Assembly: GCA_041747855.1 (NCBI GenBank)
Contig: JBGTEJ010000050.1
Span: forward strand, 30,127-94,126
Length of the DNA stretch: 64,000 nucleotides
Direction: 5' to 3'
Origin: Acidimicrobiia bacterium
GTDB lineage: Bacteria; Actinomycetota; Acidimicrobiia; Spongiisociales; ZC4RG35
Below are positions 43,632 to 52,825 of this stretch, piece by piece (position 1 is the first letter of the stretch; each line of letters begins with the position of its first letter). The position numbers and the translations under genes are program-made. The notes below the pieces were generated by a model. That model had not been told where the DNA came from and did not search any database. It was given only the letters and a program-made list of their open reading frames with translations.

Positions 43632-44767
43632 GTGGTCCCCTCGAGGGGATGCGCGTCGTCGAGTTGGCTGCCCTGGGACCGGTGCCCTTCTGTGGGATGT
43701 TGCTGGCTGATCTGGGGGCCGAGGTCACTCGGGTCGATCGGATTGGCCAGTCCCCGATGCCTATAGGGGATTCCGGTAAGCACGATGTCACCGGTCGGGG
43801 CAAGAAATCGCTGCGTGTGGACATCAAGGATCCTGGAGGGGTCGAAATCGTCCTCCGTATGACTGAGAGAGCAGACGCCCTGGTCGAGGGGTTCCGCCCG
43901 GGTGTCGCCGAGAGGCTCGGGCTCGGGCCCTCCGATTGCCACGTCCGCAACCCGGCATTGGTATACGCCCGGATGACGGGATGGGGTCAGGATGGCCCCC
44001 TCTCGGGCGACGCCGGACACGACATCGATTACATCGCCCTTTCCGGTGTCCTCGCCTCGATCGGCCCGGACGCCCATCCGGTCGTCCCTTTGAACCTGGT
44101 GGGCGACTACGGGGGAGGGGGCATGCTTCTCGCCCTCGGGCTCCTCGCCGCGGTCTTGTCTGCGAAGACGACCGGGGTCGGCCAGGTGGTCGACTGTGCG
44201 ATGGTCGACGGTTCGGCCCTCTTGATGGCGCCGTTCCATGGGCTCGTTGCCGAAGGTTGGTGGAGTCCCCGAAGACAGGAGAATTTGTTGGACGGGTCGG
44301 CCCCGTTCTATACGACCTATCAGACCTCGGATGGTGGCCACATGGCGGTGGGGGCCTTGGAGCCTCAGTTCTACGCCGCCTTGTTGGCAGGCCTCGAACT
44401 CGACCCCGATCAGCTGCCTCCACAGCATGATCGGACTGGCTGGCCAGTGCTGCGGGAGGCCCTGGCCGACAGGTTCATGACACGTACCCGGGATGAGTGG
44501 GCGGTCCGGTTCGCCGGTACAGATGCCTGTGTGGCCCCGGTGCTCGACATGCTCGAGGCGGTCGACCATCCCCACAATGTCTCGAGACGAACCTTCCTGC
44601 GAGATGGTGACTCCACCCAGCCGGCACCCGCCCCGAGATTCTCCGAAACCCCCCTCGTGGCCGGTGTCCAGCCTGTGTCTGGACAGGACACGGAACAGGT
44701 CCTCAACTCCCTCGGTTATAGCCCGGACGAGATCTGTAAGCTCAGGGAGTCCCGAACAATCGTCTAG
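43628..44767 (+). CDS. Family III CoA-transferase fold protein, alpha-methylacyl-CoA racemase-like
   Basis: It has the N-terminus GPLEGMRVVELAALGPVPFCGMLLADLGAEV, plus FRPGV.ERLGLG and GHDI.Y.A..G. There is an ATGA overlap with the SBP gene. Confidence 0.8.
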   Translation: MSGPLEGMRVVELAALGPVPFCGMLLADLGAEVTRVDRIGQSPMPIGDSGKHDVTGRGKKSLRVDIKDPGGVEIVLRMTERADALVEGFRPGVAERLGLGPSDCHVRNPALVYARMTGWGQDGPLSGDAGHDIDYIALSGVLASIGPDAHPVVPLNLVGDYGGGGMLLALGLLAAVLSAKTTGVGQVVDCAMVDGSALLMAPFHGLVAEGWWSPRRQENLLDGSAPFYTTYQTSDGGHMAVGALEPQFYAALLAGLELDPDQLPPQHDRTGWPVLREALADRFMTRTRDEWAVRFAGTDACVAPVLDMLEAVDHPHNVSRRTFLRDGDSTQPAPAPRFSETPLVAGVQPVSGQDTEQVLNSLGYSPDEICKLRESRTIV

Positions 44768-44775
44768 GAGGAGTC

Positions 44776-46617
44776 GTGACCGACGCCGCAGTGCTCGCCG
44801 AGCGAGCCGAAATTGATGCCATAGCCGAGGGTCAGACCCTCGTCACCTATATGGACAGGAATGCCGAATCCCACCCGGATCGGGATGCCATCCATTGGAA
44901 AGATGAGAACGGGTGGCAGGGCCTCACCTGGTCCCAGTACCGCCAGGCGGTGCACGAGGCCGCCGCCGGGCTTCAGACCCTGGGAGTCGGTCAGGGTGAA
45001 TTCGTCGCCATCATGGCCGGGAACCGGCCCGAGCATGTCATCGCCGATTACGGCGTGGTGCACACCGGGGCGACACCGGTCACCATCTACTCGACCCTGA
45101 CCTCGCCTCAGGTGCAATACATCGCTGACAACTGCAACGCCACCGTGGCGATTCTCGAGGACCTGGAGTTCATGAAGCGATGGGAGGAAATCAAGGCCGA
45201 CCTCCCCAATCTCCGTTACGTGGTCCTCATGTCCGGCGCCGAGAACTACGACACCCTCGACTGGGTTCTCAGCTGGGACGATCTGCTCCGGCGAGGGAAG
45301 ATGCGTCTTCAGGAAGACCCGGACTCGGTGGTCCGTTCGGCCTCCCGGGTCGGCCCTGACGCGCTGGCGACCCTGATCTACACGTCGGGGACAACGGGAC
45401 AACCCAAGGGGGTCATGATCACCCAGGCGAACGTGGCATGGACTCTCGAGTCACTACGTCGTGCTGCCGACCTCGACATCGGTCCCCGGATGGTGTCTTA
45501 TCTCCCGTTGGCGCATATCGCCGAGCGACTCTCCACCCACTACATGGGGACCTACCTCGTGGGTGAGGTCTGGTATTGCCCGAATCTCGCCGGTGTTCTC
45601 GAGTACATCCAGGAGGCCAGGCCGACAGTGTTCGTTGGTGTGCCCAGGGTTTACGAGAAGTTCCATGCCCGTCTCCAGGCCCGGTTCGCCGAGGCCGAAG
45701 GGGCCAAGAAGTTCCTGCTCTCCAAGGCGCTGTCCACCAACGCCAAGCGGGTGGATGCCGAGGCGGTCGGCAAGAAGGGCCCGGCACTAGCCGGCATCCT
45801 GGACAAGATCGTCCTCTCCAAGGTCAGGGAAGGCCTCGGGATGGATCAGGTGCAGATTGCGATCACCGCGGCGGCACCGATCAGCCCCGACCTGGTGAAG
45901 TTCTTCATGACCATCGGAATCCCTCTCTACGAGCTCTTCGGGATGTCGGAGACGACCGGTCCGGCCACCACCAACCTTCCGGGGGCTTTCCGGATCGGAT
46001 CGGTCGGGAGGCCGATACCCGGAGTCGAGGTGAAGACCCTCGATGACGGTGAGCTCCTCATGCGTGGCGGTGTCATCACCAAGGGCTACTACAAGCTCGA
46101 TGACGCGACCCGGGAGAGCTTCGGGATGGACGGATGGTTGTACTCAGGCGACCTGGCCAGGATCGACGAGGACGGATTCGTCTGGATCGTGGGCCGTAAG
46201 AAGGAGATCATCATCACCGCTGCCGGCAAGAACATCGCCCCGGCGCACTTGGAGACCATGCTCGGAAACCATCCGATCATCTCCAAGGCGGCCATGATCG
46301 GCGACGGTCGGAAGTTCCTCACCATGATCATCGCGCTCGACCCCGAGGAGGCCCCGGCATGGGCTGAGGTGAAGGGGATTCCGTTCACCGATCTCGCCAG
46401 CTTCTCTGAGTTGCCCGAGGTCCGGGCCGAGATAGAAGCGGCGGTCAATGCGGCCAACCAGACCGTGGCATCAGTCGAACAGATCAAGAAGTGGGTTGTC
46501 GTCCCCCACGAATGGACACCGGACTCGGGTGAAGTGACGCCCTCGCTCAAGCTGAAACGACGGGTGGTCCTCGAAAAGTACGCCGACGACATCGAGAAGA
46601 TGTACAGCGGGGTATGA
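44776..46617 (+). CDS. Long-chain fatty acid-CoA ligase (FadD15-like AMP-dependent synthetase)
   Basis: It has YTSGTTGQPKGV, GMSET, GDLARIDEDGF..I.GRKKE and a C-terminal TPSLKLKRR. The GTG start follows AGGAGG. Confidence 0.85.
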   Translation: MTDAAVLAERAEIDAIAEGQTLVTYMDRNAESHPDRDAIHWKDENGWQGLTWSQYRQAVHEAAAGLQTLGVGQGEFVAIMAGNRPEHVIADYGVVHTGATPVTIYSTLTSPQVQYIADNCNATVAILEDLEFMKRWEEIKADLPNLRYVVLMSGAENYDTLDWVLSWDDLLRRGKMRLQEDPDSVVRSASRVGPDALATLIYTSGTTGQPKGVMITQANVAWTLESLRRAADLDIGPRMVSYLPLAHIAERLSTHYMGTYLVGEVWYCPNLAGVLEYIQEARPTVFVGVPRVYEKFHARLQARFAEAEGAKKFLLSKALSTNAKRVDAEAVGKKGPALAGILDKIVLSKVREGLGMDQVQIAITAAAPISPDLVKFFMTIGIPLYELFGMSETTGPATTNLPGAFRIGSVGRPIPGVEVKTLDDGELLMRGGVITKGYYKLDDATRESFGMDGWLYSGDLARIDEDGFVWIVGRKKEIIITAAGKNIAPAHLETMLGNHPIISKAAMIGDGRKFLTMIIALDPEEAPAWAEVKGIPFTDLASFSELPEVRAEIEAAVNAANQTVASVEQIKKWVVVPHEWTPDSGEVTPSLKLKRRVVLEKYADDIEKMYSGV

Positions 46618-47522
46618 CCGAACCGATAGCGTTCGACGGCCGGGTGGCGGTCGTCACCGGGGCCGGGGGAGGACTGGGCCGCACCTATGCCCTCGAACTG
46701 GCCCGTCGTGGGGCGCGGGTAGTGGTGAACGACCTGGGTGGGGCGGTCGATGGTTCCGGCGCAAGCTCATCGCCTGCCGACAAGGTGGTGTCAGAGATAA
46801 CCGGGGCCGGGGGGGAGGCGGTGGCCAACTATGACTCGGTCTCGTCGCCCGATGGGGGAGAGGCGATCATCCAGTCCGCAGTAGACGCCTTCGGGACGGT
46901 CGACATCGTGGTCAGCAACGCCGGGATACTGCGTGACAAGTCCTATGCGAACCTCACTGCGGAGGAGATCTCCTCGGTCGTCGAAGTCCACCTCCGGGGC
47001 GGATTCAATGTCTCCCAACCCGCCTTCAAGATCATGAAGGCCAGCGGATACGGTCGGTTCGTCTTCGCCTCCTCGGGTTCCGGTCTGTTCGGAAACTTCG
47101 GGCAGGCCAACTACGGGGCGGCCAAGATGGGTCTGGTAGGTCTCAGCAACGTTCTCGCCATCGAAGGGGCCAAGTACAACATCAAGTCCAATGCCGTCGC
47201 CCCGATCGCCGGAACGAGGATGACCCAGGAGTTGCTGGGGCCGCTGGCCGACTCGTTCGCCGCCGAGCAGGTGGCGCCACTCGTCGTCTTCCTCTGCTCC
47301 GAGGCAAACCCCTACACCCATGAGGTCTTCACGGTGGGTGGGGGTCGCTACGGGAGAGTGTTCGTGGGGACGAATCGGGGCTGGTTCGCCGGAGCCGGGG
47401 TGGTGCCTACTGTCGAGGAGGTCGCCGCCAGCATGGAGACGATCAGAGACATCGAGGAGTACCTGGTTCCCGCCAACAGCACCGAGGAGATCATGCTCAT
47501 CGGTGAGATGCTCGCTGGCTGA
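46614..47522 (+). CDS. SDR, D-specific 3-hydroxyacyl-CoA dehydrogenase-like (N-terminal domain type of multifunctional enzyme 2 / Hsd4A-like)
   Basis: It has VTGAGGGLGRTYA, NAGI and the catalytic YGAAK. There is an ATGA overlap with the fadD-like gene. Confidence 0.8.
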   Translation: MTEPIAFDGRVAVVTGAGGGLGRTYALELARRGARVVVNDLGGAVDGSGASSSPADKVVSEITGAGGEAVANYDSVSSPDGGEAIIQSAVDAFGTVDIVVSNAGILRDKSYANLTAEEISSVVEVHLRGGFNVSQPAFKIMKASGYGRFVFASSGSGLFGNFGQANYGAAKMGLVGLSNVLAIEGAKYNIKSNAVAPIAGTRMTQELLGPLADSFAAEQVAPLVVFLCSEANPYTHEVFTVGGGRYGRVFVGTNRGWFAGAGVVPTVEEVAASMETIRDIEEYLVPANSTEEIMLIGEMLAG

Positions 47523-48388
47523 TGCCGATCGACGTCGAGAGGGCGTTGGCCGCTGAGATCCCGGGTCTCGCATACGCATGGGATGAGAAGGATGTGATCC
47601 TCTACAACCTGGCGGTGGGTGCGGGGGTGCCACCTACCGAGTCGCGCGAGCTGCGTTACACCTTCGAAGGCGACCTGGTGGTCCTTCCCGGGTTCGGGAC
47701 GATTCCCCCCTTCAGCATGATGATGGGTCTGGTCTCCGCCGACGGTATGGAGATCAGCCTCACCCAGATACTCCACGGCGATCAGGACCTGACCGTTCAC
47801 GGTCCGATTCCCACGTCCGGCTCGGTGACCCAGTCCGGTCGCATCACGGACGTCTACGACAAAGGCAAGGGGGCACTTGTGGTTTTCGAAGTGGTGTCCG
47901 TCCTGGACAGGTCGGGCGAGCCGTTGTTCACCAACCGCTCGGGGATCTATGTCCGGGGTGAGGGTGGTTTCGGCGGGGAATCCGGGCCTCCCGCCTCGAA
48001 TCAGCCGCCGTCCCGGGAACCCGACCTCGTCATCGAGTCGGTGACACTGCCCCAACAGGCCTTGCTCTACAGACAGGCGTCTGGTGATCGAAACCCACTT
48101 CATGCCGATCCGGGCTTCGCCGCTTTCGCCGGTTACGACCGGCCCATCCTGCACGGGTTGTGCACATACGGGATGGTGGCCAAGGTGGTGACCGACACGG
48201 TTCTCGAGACCGACCCGTCACGATTTGGGAGATTCACCGCCCGATTCTCGGGTCATGTTTTTCCGGGTGAGACACTGGTGACTTCGATTTGGGAGACCGA
48301 CGGTGGAGCCGTCGTCTCGACGACTACCGCTGAGCGTGGCCTACCAGTGTTGTCCAACGCCGCGGTCGTGGTCTCAGGCCGAAACTAG
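47522..48388 (+). CDS. MaoC-like (R)-specific enoyl-CoA hydratase, double hot-dog (Hsd4B-like)
   Basis: It has the hydratase-2 motif YRQASGDRNPLHADP and the length of two hot-dog halves. There is a TGATG overlap with the SDR gene. Confidence 0.8.
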   Translation: MPIDVERALAAEIPGLAYAWDEKDVILYNLAVGAGVPPTESRELRYTFEGDLVVLPGFGTIPPFSMMMGLVSADGMEISLTQILHGDQDLTVHGPIPTSGSVTQSGRITDVYDKGKGALVVFEVVSVLDRSGEPLFTNRSGIYVRGEGGFGGESGPPASNQPPSREPDLVIESVTLPQQALLYRQASGDRNPLHADPGFAAFAGYDRPILHGLCTYGMVAKVVTDTVLETDPSRFGRFTARFSGHVFPGETLVTSIWETDGGAVVSTTTAERGLPVLSNAAVVVSGRN

Positions 48389-49137
48389 GGTCGGATCTCG
48401 ACGGGGGTGCCCACGGGCACCATGGCGGCGAGACGGGTCACGTGTTGGTTGCGGAGTCTCACACAGCCCAGCGATGCCGAGGTCCCGATCGTCTCAGGTC
48501 GGTTCGTACCGTGGATCCCGATGATCCCGTCTCCACCGTTGAACTCGCTGATCGTGTCGGATCGTCCCGAGAGGGCGAGGGCGTACGGGCCAAAGGGGCC
48601 ACCCGAACGGCTGACGCGCACATTGTCGGTGACGAAGAAGGTACCCGTCGGGGTCGGATTGCGAGCCGTTCCGATTGCTACCGTTGCCCTGAACATCTCG
48701 ACTCCATCCTGGTGATACACCAGCTCACGATCACTCAGGTCGATGACGATCTTTCCTCCGGCCACATAGAAGTGGACGTCATCGTCGGTGCGGATCCAGC
48801 CCGTGGAACCGTTCGGCCGCTTCGGGAGCATCACCTCGACCCACCCGTCCACCGGCTCAGCGACCGCGACGAGGACTGTGGTGTTGCCGATGACTGACAC
48901 TCCCTTCTGGACCATGAAGGCTTGGTCGTCTCCCGGATTGCGGTAGACCTCTACGTCGGCGGTGATCAAGGCGACGAGTGTGGAGCCTTCGGCGATCCCG
49001 GATTGGAAGCGGTAACCGGCTTCGACGGCGAGCGGGGCGGCGGTCGAGGGGCTCGCGGCGAGCGCGGGCAGGATGCCAGCAGCCAGTGGCAGTAGAGAAA
49101 CGGCGAGGATCGACAACACGATCCGGGTCTTCATCAT
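48385..49137 (-). CDS. L,D-transpeptidase (YkuD domain), secreted
   Basis: The start is trimmed to MMKTRIVLSILAV (signal peptide). It has the catalytic block GIHGTN...SLGCVRL. Confidence 0.85.
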   Translation of the reverse strand: MMKTRIVLSILAVSLLPLAAGILPALAASPSTAAPLAVEAGYRFQSGIAEGSTLVALITADVEVYRNPGDDQAFMVQKGVSVIGNTTVLVAVAEPVDGWVEVMLPKRPNGSTGWIRTDDDVHFYVAGGKIVIDLSDRELVYHQDGVEMFRATVAIGTARNPTPTGTFFVTDNVRVSRSGGPFGPYALALSGRSDTISEFNGGDGIIGIHGTNRPETIGTSASLGCVRLRNQHVTRLAAMVPVGTPVEIRP

Positions 49138-49257
49138 CTCAAGGGTATATCGGTCGTGGAACGAACCGCGTTGAGAAGCTAGGCGTATTCTTCCTCTCAA
49201 CCGTGTCGCGATTACGCTCACCTGTCCCCTTAGTTGTGTGAGGTCAGAACAATCAGC

Positions 49258-50787
49258 ATGTTCCAGCTACCCGAGGCACGGTCCGTCGAGAAGAATCCGA
49301 GTCAGGCGAGACTCCGTGAACTCGCGATGGGGGACCCGCGGATCACCGAAACTGAGTTCGGAAACTTGAACTTTCGGGCGAGGATCACCGCCCGGTTGAA
49401 CAATTCGACCTTCTTTGTGGCCGATGAAGAGATCCCCAAGAAGCGGATGTCCCGGGCCGATGCCGACAAGTGGGCTGCCCTTCAGGACGAATACATAAAG
49501 AATGCGGACATGCTCTTGGTGGAGGGCTACATCGGGCCCGACCCCGGGTTCCGCACCGGGACCCGTTTATACATGGAGGCCAGTCAGCCGAACATCCCGG
49601 GGATGCAGAAACACCTCTACTTCCCGCCTGATGATGAGTGGAAAGCGGAGTTCACCGTCATCTACACCCCGGGTCTGCCCGGAGAAGGGATGCCGAACGA
49701 CTGTCTGATTCTCATCGATCTCGACAACTGGGTGACCAGGGTCTTCGGCTCCGACTATTTCGGGGAGTCGAAGATGGGTGGTCTCAGGATGTGGAACAAG
49801 CTGGTGTTCGACCGGGGGGGTTTGGCCCTTCACGCCGGGTTGAAGACGTTCCCTGCGGAGTCGACTCGAAGTGGCGAAGAAGAGTCGATGCTGATCATCG
49901 GGCTGTCGGGCACTGGGAAGACAACGACAACGTTTCGTCAGCAGTTGGGTTCTCTTCCGGTCCAGGATGACTTCGTGGCCCTCATGTCCGGCGGGGAGGT
50001 TCATACCACGGAAGCCGGCTGTTTCGCCAAGACATTCGGTTTGGACCCTGACGACGAGCCCACCATCTACGGCGGGACAACACGGCACGACGCCTGGCTG
50101 GAGAACGTCTCCGTCGACGAGGACGGCAGGGTCGACTTCTTCGACACTTCCTATACGGCGAACGGAAGATGCACCTTTCCTCTCGCCAACATCCGGCATC
50201 GGGATCCGAGGGATGTCCCGCGGGCCAGGTACCTCCTGATCCTGAATCGCTCTGACCATGTGATACCAGCGGTGGCGCGACTCGATCGCGCCCAGATCGC
50301 GGCTTACTTCATGCTCGGCGAGTCCAAGGGAACCTCAGCAGGTGGGGCTGCCGAGGCAGGGAAGAGCCTCCGGGTGCCAGGTACCAACCCCTTCTTCTTC
50401 AACGATGATGCGATGCAAGGCAACCGTCTGGTGGATCTGCTCGAAACAATGCCCGACCTGGAGGCCTTCGTCCTCAACACCGGGCGGATAGGTGGGGAGG
50501 GGGACGACTCCAAGAAGATCGGGATCCCCGACTCTTCGGCGATCGTGCAGGGCATAGTCGATGGCTCGATCGAGTGGGCACCCGACCCCGACTTTGGCTA
50601 TGACACCGCGGTGTTTGTCGCCGGGGTGGAGGACACCGAACTGCTAAATCCCCGTCTCCTCTACGAACGGACCGGTCGAGCCGGCGAATATGAGGCCATC
50701 GTGGCCCGTCTCAAGAAGGAGCGGGCGGAGTACCTTGCTGGCTATCCGGACCTCAATCCGGTGGTCACCGGCGGTTTGGGTGGATGA
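49258..50787 (+). CDS. pckA: Phosphoenolpyruvate carboxykinase (ATP)
   Basis: It has the kinase-1a motif IGLSGTGKTT, plus DD...L...G.F..EAGC.AK and GRCTFP. The start is ATG 49258; the track start at 49234 is TTG. Confidence 0.9.
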   Translation: MFQLPEARSVEKNPSQARLRELAMGDPRITETEFGNLNFRARITARLNNSTFFVADEEIPKKRMSRADADKWAALQDEYIKNADMLLVEGYIGPDPGFRTGTRLYMEASQPNIPGMQKHLYFPPDDEWKAEFTVIYTPGLPGEGMPNDCLILIDLDNWVTRVFGSDYFGESKMGGLRMWNKLVFDRGGLALHAGLKTFPAESTRSGEEESMLIIGLSGTGKTTTTFRQQLGSLPVQDDFVALMSGGEVHTTEAGCFAKTFGLDPDDEPTIYGGTTRHDAWLENVSVDEDGRVDFFDTSYTANGRCTFPLANIRHRDPRDVPRARYLLILNRSDHVIPAVARLDRAQIAAYFMLGESKGTSAGGAAEAGKSLRVPGTNPFFFNDDAMQGNRLVDLLETMPDLEAFVLNTGRIGGEGDDSKKIGIPDSSAIVQGIVDGSIEWAPDPDFGYDTAVFVAGVEDTELLNPRLLYERTGRAGEYEAIVARLKKERAEYLAGYPDLNPVVTGGLGG

Positions 50788-51417
50788 TCACACCTCTTCG
50801 AGTGGTAGGACGACGAGTACGACTCCGCCATCGACCGATATCCCCGCCTGGTTGGAGTCGAAACGGTTGGAGACCCCGCGGGTGGTCCCCGGATCCAGGT
50901 AATCGCCGTTGAGGTTCCAAGCCAGCCCGGTGGTCACCACGCCCGATGCCGGGCCGTGCATCGGTATCAGGCTCAGCAGAGACCCTCTCTGACCCTGGAT
51001 GATGCGGTGACCGCGGATCACGTGGGCTCGACCACGTGCCGAGATCCAGTCGATCTCCTCGACCGCACTCCATTTGGAGGCTGTGAGGAGGGTGGCGAGG
51101 GCGAGTTCGTGGTCGTGTCGCCCTCCGGTCCCGCCAACCACGACTATCCGGCGTGGCTGAAGCTTGACCGCATGCTCGAGGGCCAGTTCCAGGTCGGTGG
51201 CGTCCTTGTCCTCCGGGTGTTCCTCGACTGTGATGCTTTCAGGGACGGTTGCGATCGAGTCGAGGTCTCCGACTATCACGTCGACTGATACTCCCAGTCT
51301 GGTGGCGACGTCATAACCACCATTGGCGGCGACCACCAGCTCGGCCCGCGGTAGTCCGTCGAGGATCGAGTGGGGAGGGGTCTCACCGGCACCGAAGATG
51401 ATGACTGTGTCGATCAT
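50788..51417 (-). CDS. Thiamine pyrophosphokinase
   Basis: It has the MIDTVIIFGAGE N-terminus, VVAANGG, GDLDS, DKD.TD.E.AL, GGTGGR.DH and a C-terminal thiamine-binding beta domain. The start is ATG 51417; the track start at 51438 is TTG. Confidence 0.75.
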   Translation of the reverse strand: MIDTVIIFGAGETPPHSILDGLPRAELVVAANGGYDVATRLGVSVDVIVGDLDSIATVPESITVEEHPEDKDATDLELALEHAVKLQPRRIVVVGGTGGRHDHELALATLLTASKWSAVEEIDWISARGRAHVIRGHRIIQGQRGSLLSLIPMHGPASGVVTTGLAWNLNGDYLDPGTTRGVSNRFDSNQAGISVDGGVVLVVLPLEEV

Positions 51418-51563
51418 GCCAAACGAGTCAAATGACAAAATCGTCTTACGCGCAGATGCGCGGGTAAGAGGTGACCGTCAAGTAGAGGTTTAGGGTTGGC
51501 TGCTGAGCAGACATTGAGTTTTTGGGCATAAGTACCTTCCCGTGAGAGTTACCATGGTGGCAG

Positions 51564-52205
51564 ATGATTGATTCCAAAGTTCTCACCATTGCACCGGACG
51601 CCCTCGACATGATCATCCAGCTCCGCGACAACGAGCCGGGTGAAGAAGAATTCGCCCTCTCCATCGAGGTGACCGGGCTGACCGGCCTCCAGTTCTCCTA
51701 CGAGCTCGCATTCGTGCCGCTTTCCGACAAAGCCGAGGACTGGGTTCTCGAACGTCATGCCGAGCTTGCCGTCATCTTCCCCGTCTCGAATGTCGAGAAG
51801 CTGGATGGTGCCGCCCTGGAACTGACCGACAGCGGGTTGGCGATGAACAACCCCAACACCCCGTCGTCGCCGTCCATACCGGGAATGACCGGTGAGCTTT
51901 CGGGGCCATTGGCCGAGCAGGTTCAGCAGGTTCTCGAAGAACAGATCAACCCGTTCATCGCATCCCACGGCGGTGGTGCCGAACTGGTGGGTGTGGATGG
52001 AACCGTCGCCTATCTCCGGCTCCATGGCGGGTGCCAGGGCTGTGGAATGGCCCAAGTGACACTCCGTCAAGGCATCGAGAGGGCATTGCTCGACGCCATC
52101 GAGGAGTTGACCAGCGTGGTCGACGTCACCGACCATCTCTCCGGGGAGAACCCCTATTACGCCGCGGCTGGGGCCGTCCAGGACCATTCGGGTCACAACC
52201 ACTGA
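51564..52205 (+). CDS. NfuA-like Fe-S cluster carrier (degenerate A-type N-domain plus Nfu C-domain)
   Basis: It has the C-terminal Nfu block HGGGAELVGVDG.VAYLRLHGGCQGCGMA. The N-terminal HesB-like domain lacks Cys ligands. Confidence 0.8.
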   Translation: MIDSKVLTIAPDALDMIIQLRDNEPGEEEFALSIEVTGLTGLQFSYELAFVPLSDKAEDWVLERHAELAVIFPVSNVEKLDGAALELTDSGLAMNNPNTPSSPSIPGMTGELSGPLAEQVQQVLEEQINPFIASHGGGAELVGVDGTVAYLRLHGGCQGCGMAQVTLRQGIERALLDAIEELTSVVDVTDHLSGENPYYAAAGAVQDHSGHNH

Positions 52206-52222
52206 TTCCGCACGTCTGAAAC

Positions 52223-52789
52223 ATGGCCGGCTTCACCCGTGAGGATCTGGCCGCTTACAAGAACCGACCCGTCGATGATCTGATCGGCGATGGGGCCCGG
52301 CTCATGGTGGTCGGCATCAATCCCGGCCTGTGGACGGCCGCAACCAACACTCACTTCTGTCATCCCACCAACCGTTTCTATCCGGCGCTCCGCTTGGCCG
52401 GCATGATCGAGTGGGACCTGGACCCGACCTCTGGCTTGACCATCCAACAGAGGGCCTCACTCATCGACAAGGGGATCGCGATCACCAACCTGGTGAATCG
52501 GGCCACCGCCCGGGCCGACGAACTGGATGCCGACGAGCTGAAGACCGGTGCGACACGTCTCACCCTCTTGGCTTCAGAAGTCCGCCCGAAGGTGGTGGCG
52601 GTTGCTGGCGTCACGGCGTATAGGACTGCCTTTGGACGCCCCAAGGCGGCTCTGGGACCCCAAACGGAGGGCATAGGCGCATCAGAACTCTGGGTGATCC
52701 CCAACCCAAGCGGGCTAAATACCCACGTTTCGGCTGCCGATATGGCTGCATGGCTCCGACAAGTAGGTTCCGTAGCCGGGTTGACCTGA
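52223..52789 (+). CDS. mug: G/U mismatch-specific uracil-DNA glycosylase (MUG family)
   Basis: It has the VVGINPG active-site motif and HPTNRFYPAL. At 188 aa its length is typical. Confidence 0.8.
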   Translation: MAGFTREDLAAYKNRPVDDLIGDGARLMVVGINPGLWTAATNTHFCHPTNRFYPALRLAGMIEWDLDPTSGLTIQQRASLIDKGIAITNLVNRATARADELDADELKTGATRLTLLASEVRPKVVAVAGVTAYRTAFGRPKAALGPQTEGIGASELWVIPNPSGLNTHVSAADMAAWLRQVGSVAGLT

Positions 52790-52825
52790 CCTTTGGGTAT
52801 AGGATTTGAATCTGTGACTGGTGAG

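Noticed and set aside
43223-44575. A 450-aa minus-strand ORF spans the SBP / CoA-transferase junction.
   Set aside because: It is antisense to two genes with clear family features and is Arg/Pro/Gly/His-rich. It is treated as an artefact.
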